64,000 bases of DNA. Source: a virus (Duplodnaviria; Caudoviricetes). The translations under genes and the position numbers were made by a program. The notes beneath the pieces were generated by a model. That model made no database searches and was not told the origin of the DNA. It was given only the letters and a program-made list of their open reading frames with translations. Below, piece by piece: positions 1 to 9,533 of the stretch; the stretch's first letter is position 1; the number at the start of each line of letters is the position of its first letter. The stretch is taken from IMG/VR virus record IMGVR_UViG_3300025534_000006, positions 1 through 64,000 of that record. One strand, written 5' to 3'.

Positions 1-217
1 CCGCCATATCGGCGCGGAGCGCCTCGTTCGCCTGCTTGAGCGCGTCGGCCTGCCGCTGCACCAAGGCGATCTCCTCGCGCAACGCCGCGATCTCCGCCCG
101 CGACCACTTCCAGTAACCCCAGCCTGCGCCGAGCACCAAAAGCAGGGCCGCGCCGCCGATGAGGTAGACGCAATACCTGCTCAGGAAGGCCAGAACGATT
201 TCAGGAACCGGGATCAT
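1..217 (-). CDS. Membrane-anchored coiled-coil protein, i-spanin-like (runs off window edge)
   Basis: Manual translation from ATG 217: MIPVPEIVLAFLSRYCVYLIGGAALLLVLGAGWGYWKWSRAEIAALREEIALVQRQADALKQANEALRADM; one TM segment then heptads; GGAGA RBS and TAAATA upstream. Confidence 0.55.
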   Translation of the reverse strand, partial: MIPVPEIVLAFLSRYCVYLIGGAALLLVLGAGWGYWKWSRAEIAALREEIALVQRQADALKQANEALRADMA

Positions 218-225
218 TCTCCATC

Positions 226-232
226 TATTTAG
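226..232 (-). promoter_or_regulatory. Late promoter TAAATA
   Basis: CTAAATA 9 nt before start 217. Confidence 0.6.
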
Positions 233-242
233 TCGGCCACGA

Positions 243-614
243 TCAGCCGCCGATCCGCCCGCGTTGGTGCAGGGAGACGCTGGTCCTGCTGGGCTTGAAG
301 CGTTCTTCGAGGACCGGTACCGCGAGCGCCGGATCGCATTTGCCGCAGACATATACGTCGAAGGTGGCGATGCCGTGCTCCGGCCACGTATGCACGGAGA
401 GATGGCTCTCGGCGAGAACACAGACGCCGGAAACCCCGTAGCCCTCGCCGAACGGGTGGAAGAACGTCCCGATGATGGTGGCGCCGGTCGCGCGGGCGGC
501 ATCTTCGCACGCCTGCTGGATATAGGCGCAATCGTCGAGCCGGGTTGCGCCGTAGAGGTCGATCAGGATGTGCCGACCGACATGGGCGGCGGCCTGCTCA
601 GCACGAATGTCCAT
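243..614 (-). CDS. speD: S-adenosylmethionine decarboxylase proenzyme
   Basis: GRHILIDLYG, GVSGVCVLAESHLSVHTWPE (E-S autocleavage site), FDVYVCG. Confidence 0.93.
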   Translation of the reverse strand: MDIRAEQAAAHVGRHILIDLYGATRLDDCAYIQQACEDAARATGATIIGTFFHPFGEGYGVSGVCVLAESHLSVHTWPEHGIATFDVYVCGKCDPALAVPVLEERFKPSRTSVSLHQRGRIGG

Positions 615-646
615 CTCAAAATTCCGATAAGGGAGTTAGGAGACCA

Positions 647-653
647 TATTTAT
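647..653 (-). promoter_or_regulatory. Late promoter TAAATA
   Basis: ATAAATA upstream of speD. Confidence 0.55.
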
Positions 654-747
654 TCAGGTTTTCAACGGAATGCGTCGGAACTTGCCGCGCGAAACGAACG
701 GCGTTAATATCGTGCATCAAACCGATTTTCAAGGAGATTTTTCGGCT

Positions 748-1002
748 ATGCCCCGCCGCAGCTTCCTGCCGGTTACCCCCAAGCCGCGCAGGCACTTCTC
801 CCCGTTCTGGGAGCAGAAATGCTTCAACCTTGTCGCCAGCTATCGCCGCCCGCTGATGGCTGGATGTTTCGACGGCAGGACGCGGATCGGTACTGCCTTT
901 GGGCAGTCGGGCCGTGCCACTTGCCCGTGGATGTGGGAGCGCCGCATCGAACGCGGCTATTGGGCCGGGCAGCGGTACCGCAGGCGGTGGGAGGGCGACT
1001 AG
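748..1002 (+). CDS. Hypothetical small basic protein
   Basis: AAGGAG upstream of ATG 748; part of ORF 670..1002. Confidence 0.45.
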   Translation: MPRRSFLPVTPKPRRHFSPFWEQKCFNLVASYRRPLMAGCFDGRTRIGTAFGQSGRATCPWMWERRIERGYWAGQRYRRRWEGD

Positions 1003-1088
1003 GCACGCCCCGAAGCGCCGGGTCCAACCAAAAAAATAAGTAGACGAGCACCGGTTTCATTGTAAGATGGCCGCAGGAGGTCCTTGCG

Positions 1089-1682
1089 GTGTGGATTTAC
1101 GGTGTTCTCGCCTACCTCAGCTTCTTTCTCAGGCTGTGGCGCTATTGCTACCTCCGTGCGCCGAGAACCACCAAGGCCGTCACGGCGCTGCTGCTGCTCT
1201 ATGTCACGTATAACGAAATCTTCACCAAGCCCGCCGATGTCAGTTCGCTGGTCGTCTCCGCCGAGACCCAGAAGGCGAGCCGCATACCCTACGGCAACGA
1301 CTTCGGCCCCCATGGCTGGATACTGCGGGTCGAGAACCATGGCAGCCGTACGATCCGGCTGGACCGTGTTTTCTTCGGCTGCCGAATCAGCGGGTGGAGC
1401 AGCGGGCTGCATCCCTACCGGCTCACCGAAATCGCCGTGCTCCAACCCAAAGGGGGCGTCGTCGTCGGCGAGGATTGGGCGCTGCGACCGATGGAATTCG
1501 CGCAGTTCGTCAGCTTTGCGCCCGGCGACCGCGTGCTGGTCGCCATCCAGCAGGTCGGCTCGGGTATCGGCATCACCCGTGGCCCGCTGAGCTTCGAACG
1601 CTGCGTGGCCGCCGCCACGACCAAGGAGGTCTGGGAAGCGTTCGGCCAGCCCGACCGTGGGGTGACCTCCTACCGGATTTGA
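1089..1682 (+). CDS. Hypothetical membrane-anchored protein
   Basis: CAGGAGG RBS; hydrophobic N-terminal segments. Confidence 0.65.
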   Translation: MWIYGVLAYLSFFLRLWRYCYLRAPRTTKAVTALLLLYVTYNEIFTKPADVSSLVVSAETQKASRIPYGNDFGPHGWILRVENHGSRTIRLDRVFFGCRISGWSSGLHPYRLTEIAVLQPKGGVVVGEDWALRPMEFAQFVSFAPGDRVLVAIQQVGSGIGITRGPLSFERCVAAATTKEVWEAFGQPDRGVTSYRI

Positions 1683-1969
1683 GAGCGGAGGACACCGAGG
1701 GAACACGGTTGCTGGCCCAAACCGCTGTTCATCACTCAGAAGCTCCTGACCGGCGGCACGGCCTTTTGTTGGACCCAGCCAGTACCGCCAAAAACCACAA
1801 CCTGCTGCCGACTGTGTGCGTCTGGTCGGGTGCGGGCAAGGATAGAACGTTGATCACGAAATGGGCGTACGGAAATGCGGTTAATCTGCGGCTATTCTAT
1901 CAAGCCGCAGAAACCGCTTCCGCCCGTTTATGTCGTACGCACCTCAGATTATAGTATAGGCCACCTCTC

Positions 1970-4510
1970 TTAGTTCGGAACCCGCAACACTCGGTAGCCG
2001 GGGCCACCGCTGTCCGGGGCACCATAAGTGACATGACCACCGCCGGGGAAATTACTGATGTAGATAGCTTGCGATGGGATAACGCATACGCTGCTGTTGG
2101 TAGAGGCGCCCGTGACGTTAAAGCGAATATAGGAGTTCGGCGACGGGAACCCAGTATACCCGAGACCACCCGTTTGCGATCCATCGACTTCAATGGTGTC
2201 GCCACCCGTAGCGTTTGCAAAATAAATTGCCCCGGCACGGCATTCTTCGATCCGGGTAATGATGACATTGTTTGCCGAGGGGAAACCGGGCGCGCCAATG
2301 GTGATACCGTATGTATCGGTACTATCACTGTAGTAGTACATACGGCCGCCAACAATCACATTGGCGCTTTCAAGTAGCTGGATTTGGCTGACAGATGCAC
2401 CCTCCGCTGTGCAGTTGGACATCATATTGCCGGGTGTGTTGAACCGCCAGCATACGGTATGCTGCTTGTTCGGCTCAAACACGCTGCTCCATGCATGGCA
2501 GCTAGTGAATTTGAGGCCACTGCCATGCTTATAGGTCTCGAAGCCAATGTACTGATTACGATACACCAGCAGGCCGACAAAGGTGGAGTCCGAGGGGCCG
2601 CCCCAACGGATGCCGCCCGAATCGCAGTCATGCACCAGCACGTTATAAAGCGAAACCAGATGATTGTAGCCATGCGGCGTGACGCCGGGGATACCGCTTT
2701 CGCAGCGCATACCGATCCCTGAGAAGTTGCAAATTTCAACATTGCTGAGTTCGAATGCACCGCCATAGACGATAAGGCCGTTACCGGTAGCGCCATTCGC
2801 CACATTGCCGTCGATCACCATGTCCCGGAGGCCCCAGCCATAAATGCCATCCATGCTCTCGCCCCCGAACAGCGACGCAGCGTTCAGACCGGTGATGATA
2901 CCGTTGGGAGATGGGATCGCAGTTCCGGCCTTGAGCCGGATGATGGTGCCACCGGCAGGCTGATGATTGCCTTGCACGCCGCCAATTCCAGCGCCCTGCC
3001 AGATGGTGCGCCCCCGCTTGACCAGACCCGTGGTGATGTAGGTCCCTGCTGGGAAATACAGAATGCCGCCGCCCGCCGCCTCCAACGCAGTCTCGGCAGC
3101 ATTGATCGCCGCCGTGTCATCCGAGACGCCGTCGCCCTTGGCTCCGAAATCACGCACGCTGACGAAATCACCCAGCTTTTCGAGCACACTCCGCGCGACC
3201 GCGCCTGAACCGGTCTGTGTGAAGGCGGTAGAACTAATCGACGTGATCCGCCCCTTGGCATCGACCGCAATGGCAGGAACCGCATAAGTCCCCGCAGTGA
3301 CGCCCGTGGAGGCAAGGGTGATCGTGATGGTCCTGTTGGCACTGCCGTCGAAGGTGGTAGAACCGGTCACGTCGCCCGACAACGCGATGCTACGGGCCGT
3401 GGCGAGCTTGGTAGCGGTGCTTGCATTGCCGTTCAGGTTTGCATCAATGGTACCCTTGGTGCCCGAGAACACCTCATTGGTGTTGGTGGCATCGGGAATG
3501 AAGGTTAGGTAACCCGTCGATTTATCAAAGCCGAAGAAGCCGACCTTCGCAGCAGTGCCGTTGTGCCAACGGAACTCGATACCCCGGTCCTTGTTGTCAT
3601 CCGTAGTCGGCGCGGTGTCACCTCCCAAGGTGATGATCGGATCATCCACCGTCACCGTAGTCGAATTGACCGTGGTGGTGGTGCCATTGATCGTCAGGTT
3701 CCCAGTGATCGCCAGATTGCCGCCAACATTCAGGTTTCCGCCGATGCCGACACCGCCCGTGACCGTGAGGGCGCCCGTGCCGGTGCTGGTCGAAGCCGTG
3801 CTCTCGGTGATGGAAACATTTCGGCGCAGGGAGATCGACGAAGCGGTGACCGATACAGTGGTAGAACCGCTGGTCACGAGGGCGAAAGTATCCGTGGATC
3901 GATTGTATGTGATATAGTCGAGCGAATCGAATGCAAGGACCGGGATGCCATCCTGAAGAGTGAGATATCCGCTTGCATCGAGAGCAAAGCGCGTCGCGTA
4001 TGCCGAGCCGCCGATACCAACGCCGCCTGCTACAACGAGCGCACCCGTGGTCTTGCTGGTCGCTGCGGTTTCGTTGGTAATCGACAGCGCCGTCGCCGTG
4101 CTCGCACCACGACCCGTCACCGACGCGAAGGTATCGCTCTCCGCCGTGAGGTAGGCAACATTTGAAGCAGCAGTGACGCGCCCCTTGGCATCCACGGTAA
4201 CCCGATTATAGGTACCGGCCGAAACGCCCGTGGATGCAAGGGTGACCGTGATGGTCCTGTTGGCGCTGCCGTCGAAGCTGACAGACCCGGTCGCATCGCC
4301 CGACAGGGCGATGGTGCGGGCGGTAGCGAGCTTCGTCGCCGTGGTGGCCGCGTCCCCGACCGTGACAATGCTGTCATTGCCGCCGGAGGACTTCTTCAAA
4401 AAGAGCTTGCCATCCGTGGTGTTGACCGCAAGCTCACCGAGCGCAAGGTCGGTCGTAGTGGGAACCTTCCCGGAGACGCTGGTACGTCGAAGTAGAATCG
4501 GCTGAGACAT
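1970..4510 (-). CDS. Tail fibre/tailspike with C-terminal pectin-lyase-like beta-helix
   Basis: Start MSQPILL at 4510 after AAGGAAG; N-term GELAVNTTDGKLFLK; TKLATARTIALSGD repeats; VSVRDFGAKGDGVSDDTAAINAA...LYFPAGTY motif. Confidence 0.85.
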   Translation of the reverse strand: MSQPILLRRTSVSGKVPTTTDLALGELAVNTTDGKLFLKKSSGGNDSIVTVGDAATTATKLATARTIALSGDATGSVSFDGSANRTITVTLASTGVSAGTYNRVTVDAKGRVTAASNVAYLTAESDTFASVTGRGASTATALSITNETAATSKTTGALVVAGGVGIGGSAYATRFALDASGYLTLQDGIPVLAFDSLDYITYNRSTDTFALVTSGSTTVSVTASSISLRRNVSITESTASTSTGTGALTVTGGVGIGGNLNVGGNLAITGNLTINGTTTTVNSTTVTVDDPIITLGGDTAPTTDDNKDRGIEFRWHNGTAAKVGFFGFDKSTGYLTFIPDATNTNEVFSGTKGTIDANLNGNASTATKLATARSIALSGDVTGSTTFDGSANRTITITLASTGVTAGTYAVPAIAVDAKGRITSISSTAFTQTGSGAVARSVLEKLGDFVSVRDFGAKGDGVSDDTAAINAAETALEAAGGGILYFPAGTYITTGLVKRGRTIWQGAGIGGVQGNHQPAGGTIIRLKAGTAIPSPNGIITGLNAASLFGGESMDGIYGWGLRDMVIDGNVANGATGNGLIVYGGAFELSNVEICNFSGIGMRCESGIPGVTPHGYNHLVSLYNVLVHDCDSGGIRWGGPSDSTFVGLLVYRNQYIGFETYKHGSGLKFTSCHAWSSVFEPNKQHTVCWRFNTPGNMMSNCTAEGASVSQIQLLESANVIVGGRMYYYSDSTDTYGITIGAPGFPSANNVIITRIEECRAGAIYFANATGGDTIEVDGSQTGGLGYTGFPSPNSYIRFNVTGASTNSSVCVIPSQAIYISNFPGGGHVTYGAPDSGGPGYRVLRVPN

Positions 4511-4579
4511 ACTCAAATAGCTTCCTTCAATGGGCTCCAGCGGCGCGGCCGGTACCTGCAATCCGCGAGCGGTACGGAC

Positions 4580-4586
4580 TATTTAG
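4580..4586 (-). promoter_or_regulatory. Late promoter TAAATA
   Basis: CTAAATA upstream of tailspike. Confidence 0.6.
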
Positions 4587-4621
4587 CCCGTTCCGATATG
4601 CGCAACTGCCGCTGCGCCGAA

Positions 4622-5902
4622 TCAGAATGTGCCACCATCGATCACGTCCGTGGGGCTCAGCGGCGTGTAGCCGAGCGCCGCAGTGACATGGGACGAGGAC
4701 AGGGCCATGGCGGAAGTCACGCGGCCCTTGGCATCGACGACGATGTTGCTGTAGGTACCAGCGACAACGCCGGAATTAGCAAGGGTCAGAGTGATCGCTG
4801 TGGTACCCGAGCCACTGGCATCACCGGAGACGGTGATGTTCTGGTTACCGGTCAGGTATGCCACATTTGAAGCAGCGGTGACGCGCCCCTTGGCATCTAC
4901 AGTAACCCGATTATAGGTACCGGCCGAAACGCCAGAAGCGGCGAGGGTGACCGTGATCGTCCTGTTGGCGCTACCGTCAAAGCTGACAGACCCGGTTGCA
5001 TCGCCCGACAGGGCAATGGTACAGGCGGTAGCGAGCTTCGTGGCAGTGCCAGCATTGCCCGACACATCACCCGTCACGTTACCGATGAGGTCCGCCTCAA
5101 TTGTACCCTTCGTTCCCGCGAACACTTCATTGGTGTTGGTGGCATCGGGGATGAAAACAAACCGCCCGGTCGAATCATCGAAACCGAAGAAGCCGATCTT
5201 CGCGGCAGTGCCGTTGTGCCAGCGGAACTCAATACCCCGATCCTTGTTGTCGTCCGAAGTCGGAGCGGCGTCGCCACCCAGCGTGATGATCGGGTCGTCC
5301 ACGGTGACCGTGGTCGAGTTCACGGTGGTGGTGGTGCCGTTGATCGTCAGGTTGCCGGTGACGGACAGGTTGCCGCCGACATTCAGATTGCCGCCGATGC
5401 CGACGCCACCGGTCACCTTGAGGGCGCCCGTGCTGGACGAGGTGGAGGCGGTGTTGTTGGTGATCGAGACGGCGGTACCGGTGGTCGCGCCCCGGCCGGT
5501 CACGGTCGCCAGAGTGTCGCTTTCCTCCGTCAGGAAGGGCGAATTCGAGGCGCTGGTCACTCGGCCCTTGGCATCTACGACGACGCTGTTGTACGTGCCC
5601 GGCGTGACGCCAGAGGCGGCGAGAGTGACCGTGATGGTCCTGTTGACGCTGCCGTCGAAGGTGGTCGAGCCAGTCACGTCGCCCGACAGGGCGATGGTGC
5701 GCGCGGTGGCGAGCTTGTCGGCGGTACCGGCCGATTCTGCAACGGCGCCGATCTCGACAATGGTTTCGGTCCCGGAAGCCGACTTCTTGAAAAACAGCTT
5801 GCCGTCAGTGGTATTGACCGCAAGTTCGCCGAGTTCAATATCGGCAGTCTGCGGCGCCTTGCCCGGCGTTGCTGTACGCTTGAGTAGGATTTGGTTTGCC
5901 AT
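4622..5902 (-). CDS. Tail fibre-like protein (paralog without enzymatic tip)
   Basis: MANQILLKR...GELAVNTTDGKLF; same repeats; ends IDGGTF. Confidence 0.8.
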   Translation of the reverse strand: MANQILLKRTATPGKAPQTADIELGELAVNTTDGKLFFKKSASGTETIVEIGAVAESAGTADKLATARTIALSGDVTGSTTFDGSVNRTITVTLAASGVTPGTYNSVVVDAKGRVTSASNSPFLTEESDTLATVTGRGATTGTAVSITNNTASTSSSTGALKVTGGVGIGGNLNVGGNLSVTGNLTINGTTTTVNSTTVTVDDPIITLGGDAAPTSDDNKDRGIEFRWHNGTAAKIGFFGFDDSTGRFVFIPDATNTNEVFAGTKGTIEADLIGNVTGDVSGNAGTATKLATACTIALSGDATGSVSFDGSANRTITVTLAASGVSAGTYNRVTVDAKGRVTAASNVAYLTGNQNITVSGDASGSGTTAITLTLANSGVVAGTYSNIVVDAKGRVTSAMALSSSHVTAALGYTPLSPTDVIDGGTF

Positions 5903-5986
5903 TTTTCCCCACATGTGATGCTCTGAAATCAGAGCGAAGGCCGTGCTGAATTTTTAAGCAGCAGGCTCTCGCTCTGTTTGTGGGGA

Positions 5987-5993
5987 TATTTAT
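5987..5993 (-). promoter_or_regulatory. Late promoter TAAATA
   Basis: ATAAATA upstream of fibre 5902. Confidence 0.6.
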
Positions 5994-6027
5994 CGTGGCT
6001 ACCCGGATCGCGGTCCGTAGTTTGTCG

Positions 6028-6321
6028 TCAGAATTGACCACCATCAATGGGGCCAACAAGCTCGCTGATGCTGTAGGTAGGCTTCTGTGCAGCCGACAAC
6101 TTTCCGTTCGCATCCAGCGTGGCAACGCCGTTGGGAGCGCCCTTCTCCCCAGTCTCGACCGCGCCGACCTGCGCCGCCGTCACCCGATGCGGGTTCTCAA
6201 TGTTGCCGAGGTGCTCGCCCACATCGGCGAAATTCGAGTTCACCTTGATGAAGGCGTCTCGCAGCGTGTCACCGTCACCGGAGTTCGGCGAGGTGCCCAC
6301 GTTGATCAGGTCAATCGTCAT
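6028..6321 (-). CDS. Small tail/baseplate protein with T4 gp9/gp10-like N-terminus
   Basis: INVGTSPNSGDGDTLRDAFIKVNSNF; GVATLDANGK; ends IDGGQF. Confidence 0.65.
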   Translation of the reverse strand: MTIDLINVGTSPNSGDGDTLRDAFIKVNSNFADVGEHLGNIENPHRVTAAQVGAVETGEKGAPNGVATLDANGKLSAAQKPTYSISELVGPIDGGQF

Positions 6322-6393
6322 CTTCTCACCGTCCACGTGTGCTCAAGATCGGAGCATCACGCGCCATTCGACGCGCTGCTCCCGTCAAAAGTA

Positions 6394-6400
6394 TATTTAG
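6394..6400 (-). promoter_or_regulatory. Late promoter TAAATA
   Basis: CTAAATA upstream of 6321. Confidence 0.6.
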
Positions 6401-6449
6401 GACGGCGTTAAGCGGCAGAAGTTTGGACTTTTCAAATGGGCCTCCGGCA

Positions 6450-7355
6450 TCAGACCGGTGGCGAGTAAAGATGACACATGCCGTCGTTGGGGGAGTAGGT
6501 GCCTCCATTGAGACAGTAGAAGGATGTCCCGCCCGCGTTTGCCACGTCCCTGAGGTCGAATACGACATTGTTGTTAGGAGCGACCACCACGAGAGCGAAA
6601 CCGCCGGGATTCATCGCCCAAGTGTTGTTCTCAGGATTATCCTGCGGCTTGTTGTATCCCGTGACCACGAGGTTGTAGACGCCGCTTTCGAGATACATGG
6701 TTCTTTCCAGCGGGTTCGGGAGTGCGAAATTGAACGGATCGGTCATCAGGAAGTCAGGATCGGAAAAATCGACAATCGTCGTCCCGTTCACCACGACCCG
6801 CAAGGCGTCGTCCACCTGAAAGTGGAATCGATAGGTCCCGTTCGAGGGGATGTTCAATGGCTGCTGAACCGACATGTATTGGCCGATGAGCACGCTGTCA
6901 TCGCCCGGCTCGCCGACCCATACGGCATGGGCATTCATCCAGTTGCTCCACTCCGGATGCGAGACAGCGAAAATCTGCGTCGATTGCAGCGGCGCGAAGG
7001 GAAGGCCGTATTCGAAACTCAGCGTCAGATATGGGCTCCACTGGCTCACCACACCCGCAACGCTGCGGTGCCTCACCCGAGCCCGGACCGGGGTGACGAC
7101 GGACATCCCGAGCGTGCTGGTGATGGAGGTCAGGCTTGCACCGGACGACGTGCCGGTCCAGATGGTCCCGGTTGCGTCAGCGATCTCCCACTCCGCCCGT
7201 TGCGGGGCGCCCGCGAACGACCCGACATAGGGGCTGGATGTCATTGTAAAGGAATAGTTGGCATAGACGGCAGTCCCCGTCGCAGGCGTGAGCACCTGCG
7301 GGGTCTGGATCGTATGACGCTTGATGATGCTGAATGCCCGACGAGCCGCACGCAT
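6450..7355 (-). CDS. Tail-associated protein with putative PA14-like lectin domain and Cys-rich tip
   Basis: ATG 7355 just after upstream stop; GTYRFHFQVDDALRVVVNG; C-term CLNGGTY...GMCH. Confidence 0.6.
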   Translation of the reverse strand: MRAARRAFSIIKRHTIQTPQVLTPATGTAVYANYSFTMTSSPYVGSFAGAPQRAEWEIADATGTIWTGTSSGASLTSITSTLGMSVVTPVRARVRHRSVAGVVSQWSPYLTLSFEYGLPFAPLQSTQIFAVSHPEWSNWMNAHAVWVGEPGDDSVLIGQYMSVQQPLNIPSNGTYRFHFQVDDALRVVVNGTTIVDFSDPDFLMTDPFNFALPNPLERTMYLESGVYNLVVTGYNKPQDNPENNTWAMNPGGFALVVVAPNNNVVFDLRDVANAGGTSFYCLNGGTYSPNDGMCHLYSPPV

Positions 7356-7357
7356 TC

Positions 7358-9445
7358 TTACACCTCGTAGACCGCGCGCCCGGCGAACCATGTGGTCGAT
7401 CCGGGGAAGCGCATGAAGGTGTAGATCGTGGTCTTGCCTGCGGCGGTGTTCATCGGCAGAGCCTCACCCATGTCCCAAACGAGGTTGCCGCCACTCACTG
7501 TGAAGCTCGCCGTATGGCTGCCGTCGCCTACGAGCGCCACCATCAGCGTCGTGACATAGGTGCTGTCCGACGGAATATTGATGGTGATGGCGGTGTTGCT
7601 GTTCACCGTCAGCTTCCAGATTTTTGTCGCGTCGTTGATGACCGATGTCGTGGACGTATTGGCGACCACGCAGGTTTCCCCCTTGAGGTCGGCGGCGGAG
7701 AGATCGGACCCGGCGACCACCCGCCCTTTGGCATCGACGACCACCTTGGAATAGGTCCCGGCAGCCACACCGGATGCGGCGAGAGTCGCGCTGATCGTAA
7801 CATTGGTGGAGCCGTCAAAGGAGGCGGTACCCGTGGCATCACCGGAGAGCGCGATGGTACGGGCCGTATTGAGCTTGGAGGCGGTCGAGGCATTGCCGGT
7901 AAGCGGTCCGACCAAGGCCGCCGCCGTCACGGTACCGCCAACATTGAGGTTTCCACCGATCCCAACGCCGCCCGACACGACAAGCGCGCCCGTACCGGTG
8001 CTGGTTGACGCGACGGAGTTGGTGATGGAGACTGCCGTGTTGGTCGTGGAGCCGCGCCCCGTTACGGTCGCCAGCGTGTCGCTTTCCTCAGTCAGGTAGC
8101 CCGCATTCGAGCCTTGCGTCACCCGACCCTTGGAATCGACCGTGACCGTGTTGTAGGTCCCGGCGATCACGCCGGAACTCGTCAGGGTGGCAGTGATCGT
8201 CGCATTAGCGGAGCCGTCAAAGGCCACCGATCCCGAAGCATCGCCCGTCAAGGAGATCGTCCGCGCCACGGCCAATTTGGACGCCGTCGAGGCATTACCG
8301 GTCACGGTGCCATTGAGATTGGCATCGATAGTGCCCTTCGCGCCCGAGAACACCTCGTTCGTGTTGGTCGCATCCGGAATGAAGGTGAAATGGCCGGTGC
8401 TGTTGTCGAAACCGAAGAAGCCGATTTTGGCGCTGGTGCCATCATGCCATCGATATTCGATGCCGCGATCCTTGCTGTCGTTCACAGCGGGGGCAGTATC
8501 GCCACCCAGAGTGATGATGGGATCATCCACCGTGATCGTGGACGAGTTGACAGTGGTGGTGGTGCCGTTGATGACCAGATTGCCCGACACATTCAGGTCG
8601 CCGCCGAGGTGGAGCGCGCCGCCGATACCGACTCCTCCGGCGACGACCAGCGCACCGGTCCCGGTGGAGGTCGCGGCGGTAGTGTTCGTGACCGACAGCG
8701 ACGGCACTGCAAGCGCACCGGTCATGGTATCGCCCGCGCGATTCACGGGCGTGTAGCCCAGCGAGCCGATCACATCCGCAGGCGAGACCGATTCAACGCC
8801 GACGACCCGTCCCTTGGCATCCACGATAACCTTGGAATAGGTCCCAGCGGTCACGCCGGATGGGGCAAGGGTTGCGGTGATCGTGGCATTGGACGAGCCG
8901 TCGAAATTGGCGGACCCGGTCACGTCGCCGGACAGCGCGATGCTGCGCGACGTAACCAGCTTGGTGGCCGTTGATGCGTTTCCGGTCAGCGGACCAATGA
9001 ACCCGGAGGCGGCCAGCGAGCCGGTCATCGTATCACCGGCCCGATTGACTGGGGTGTAGCCGAGCGCGGTGACGATATCCTCATTGATCTGGCCGCCACC
9101 TGCCAGCACTCGTCCCTTGATGTCCACGATAACCTTGGAATAGGTCCCGGCAGCCACACCGGTCGGGGTGAGACCGACCGTGATGACGGCATCCGCCGTG
9201 CCATCGAAATTCGCCATGCCGGTCGCATCACCGGTCAGCGAAATTTTCCGTGTGGTGGCGAGCTTGGTAGCGGTCACGGCATTCGCGCCGACTTCCACAA
9301 TGCTCTCGACCCCGCTGGTCTGGCGTCGCTTGAGGAACAGCTTGCCATCGGCGGTATTGATGGCGACCTCACCGAGGTCGATGTCGTTTAAGGTTGGAAC
9401 TTTACCCGGAATCGAGGAGCGGGTGGCAATCAGCTTGAAGGCCAT
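7358..9445 (-). CDS. Tail fibre-like protein (third paralog)
   Basis: MAFKLIATRSSIPGKVP...GEVAINTADGKLFLK; multiple ALSGD/TYSKVxVDxKGRV repeats; distinct C-terminal domain. Confidence 0.82.
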   Translation of the reverse strand: MAFKLIATRSSIPGKVPTLNDIDLGEVAINTADGKLFLKRRQTSGVESIVEVGANAVTATKLATTRKISLTGDATGMANFDGTADAVITVGLTPTGVAAGTYSKVIVDIKGRVLAGGGQINEDIVTALGYTPVNRAGDTMTGSLAASGFIGPLTGNASTATKLVTSRSIALSGDVTGSANFDGSSNATITATLAPSGVTAGTYSKVIVDAKGRVVGVESVSPADVIGSLGYTPVNRAGDTMTGALAVPSLSVTNTTAATSTGTGALVVAGGVGIGGALHLGGDLNVSGNLVINGTTTTVNSSTITVDDPIITLGGDTAPAVNDSKDRGIEYRWHDGTSAKIGFFGFDNSTGHFTFIPDATNTNEVFSGAKGTIDANLNGTVTGNASTASKLAVARTISLTGDASGSVAFDGSANATITATLTSSGVIAGTYNTVTVDSKGRVTQGSNAGYLTEESDTLATVTGRGSTTNTAVSITNSVASTSTGTGALVVSGGVGIGGNLNVGGTVTAAALVGPLTGNASTASKLNTARTIALSGDATGTASFDGSTNVTISATLAASGVAAGTYSKVVVDAKGRVVAGSDLSAADLKGETCVVANTSTTSVINDATKIWKLTVNSNTAITINIPSDSTYVTTLMVALVGDGSHTASFTVSGGNLVWDMGEALPMNTAAGKTTIYTFMRFPGSTTWFAGRAVYEV

Positions 9446-9533
9446 AATGACTTTCTCCGAATAGGCATTCTTGGTCCGAAGGCGGGCAGCGCCCGCTCGG
9501 GATTAGTTCAGGCTGAATCGTGATCCAGCGCGG

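Noticed and set aside
3300-9300. Repeats as a CRISPR array or DGR template/variable pair
   Set aside because: Repeats are in-frame protein repeats; differences are mostly synonymous rather than adenine-specific; no RT or cas gene in window
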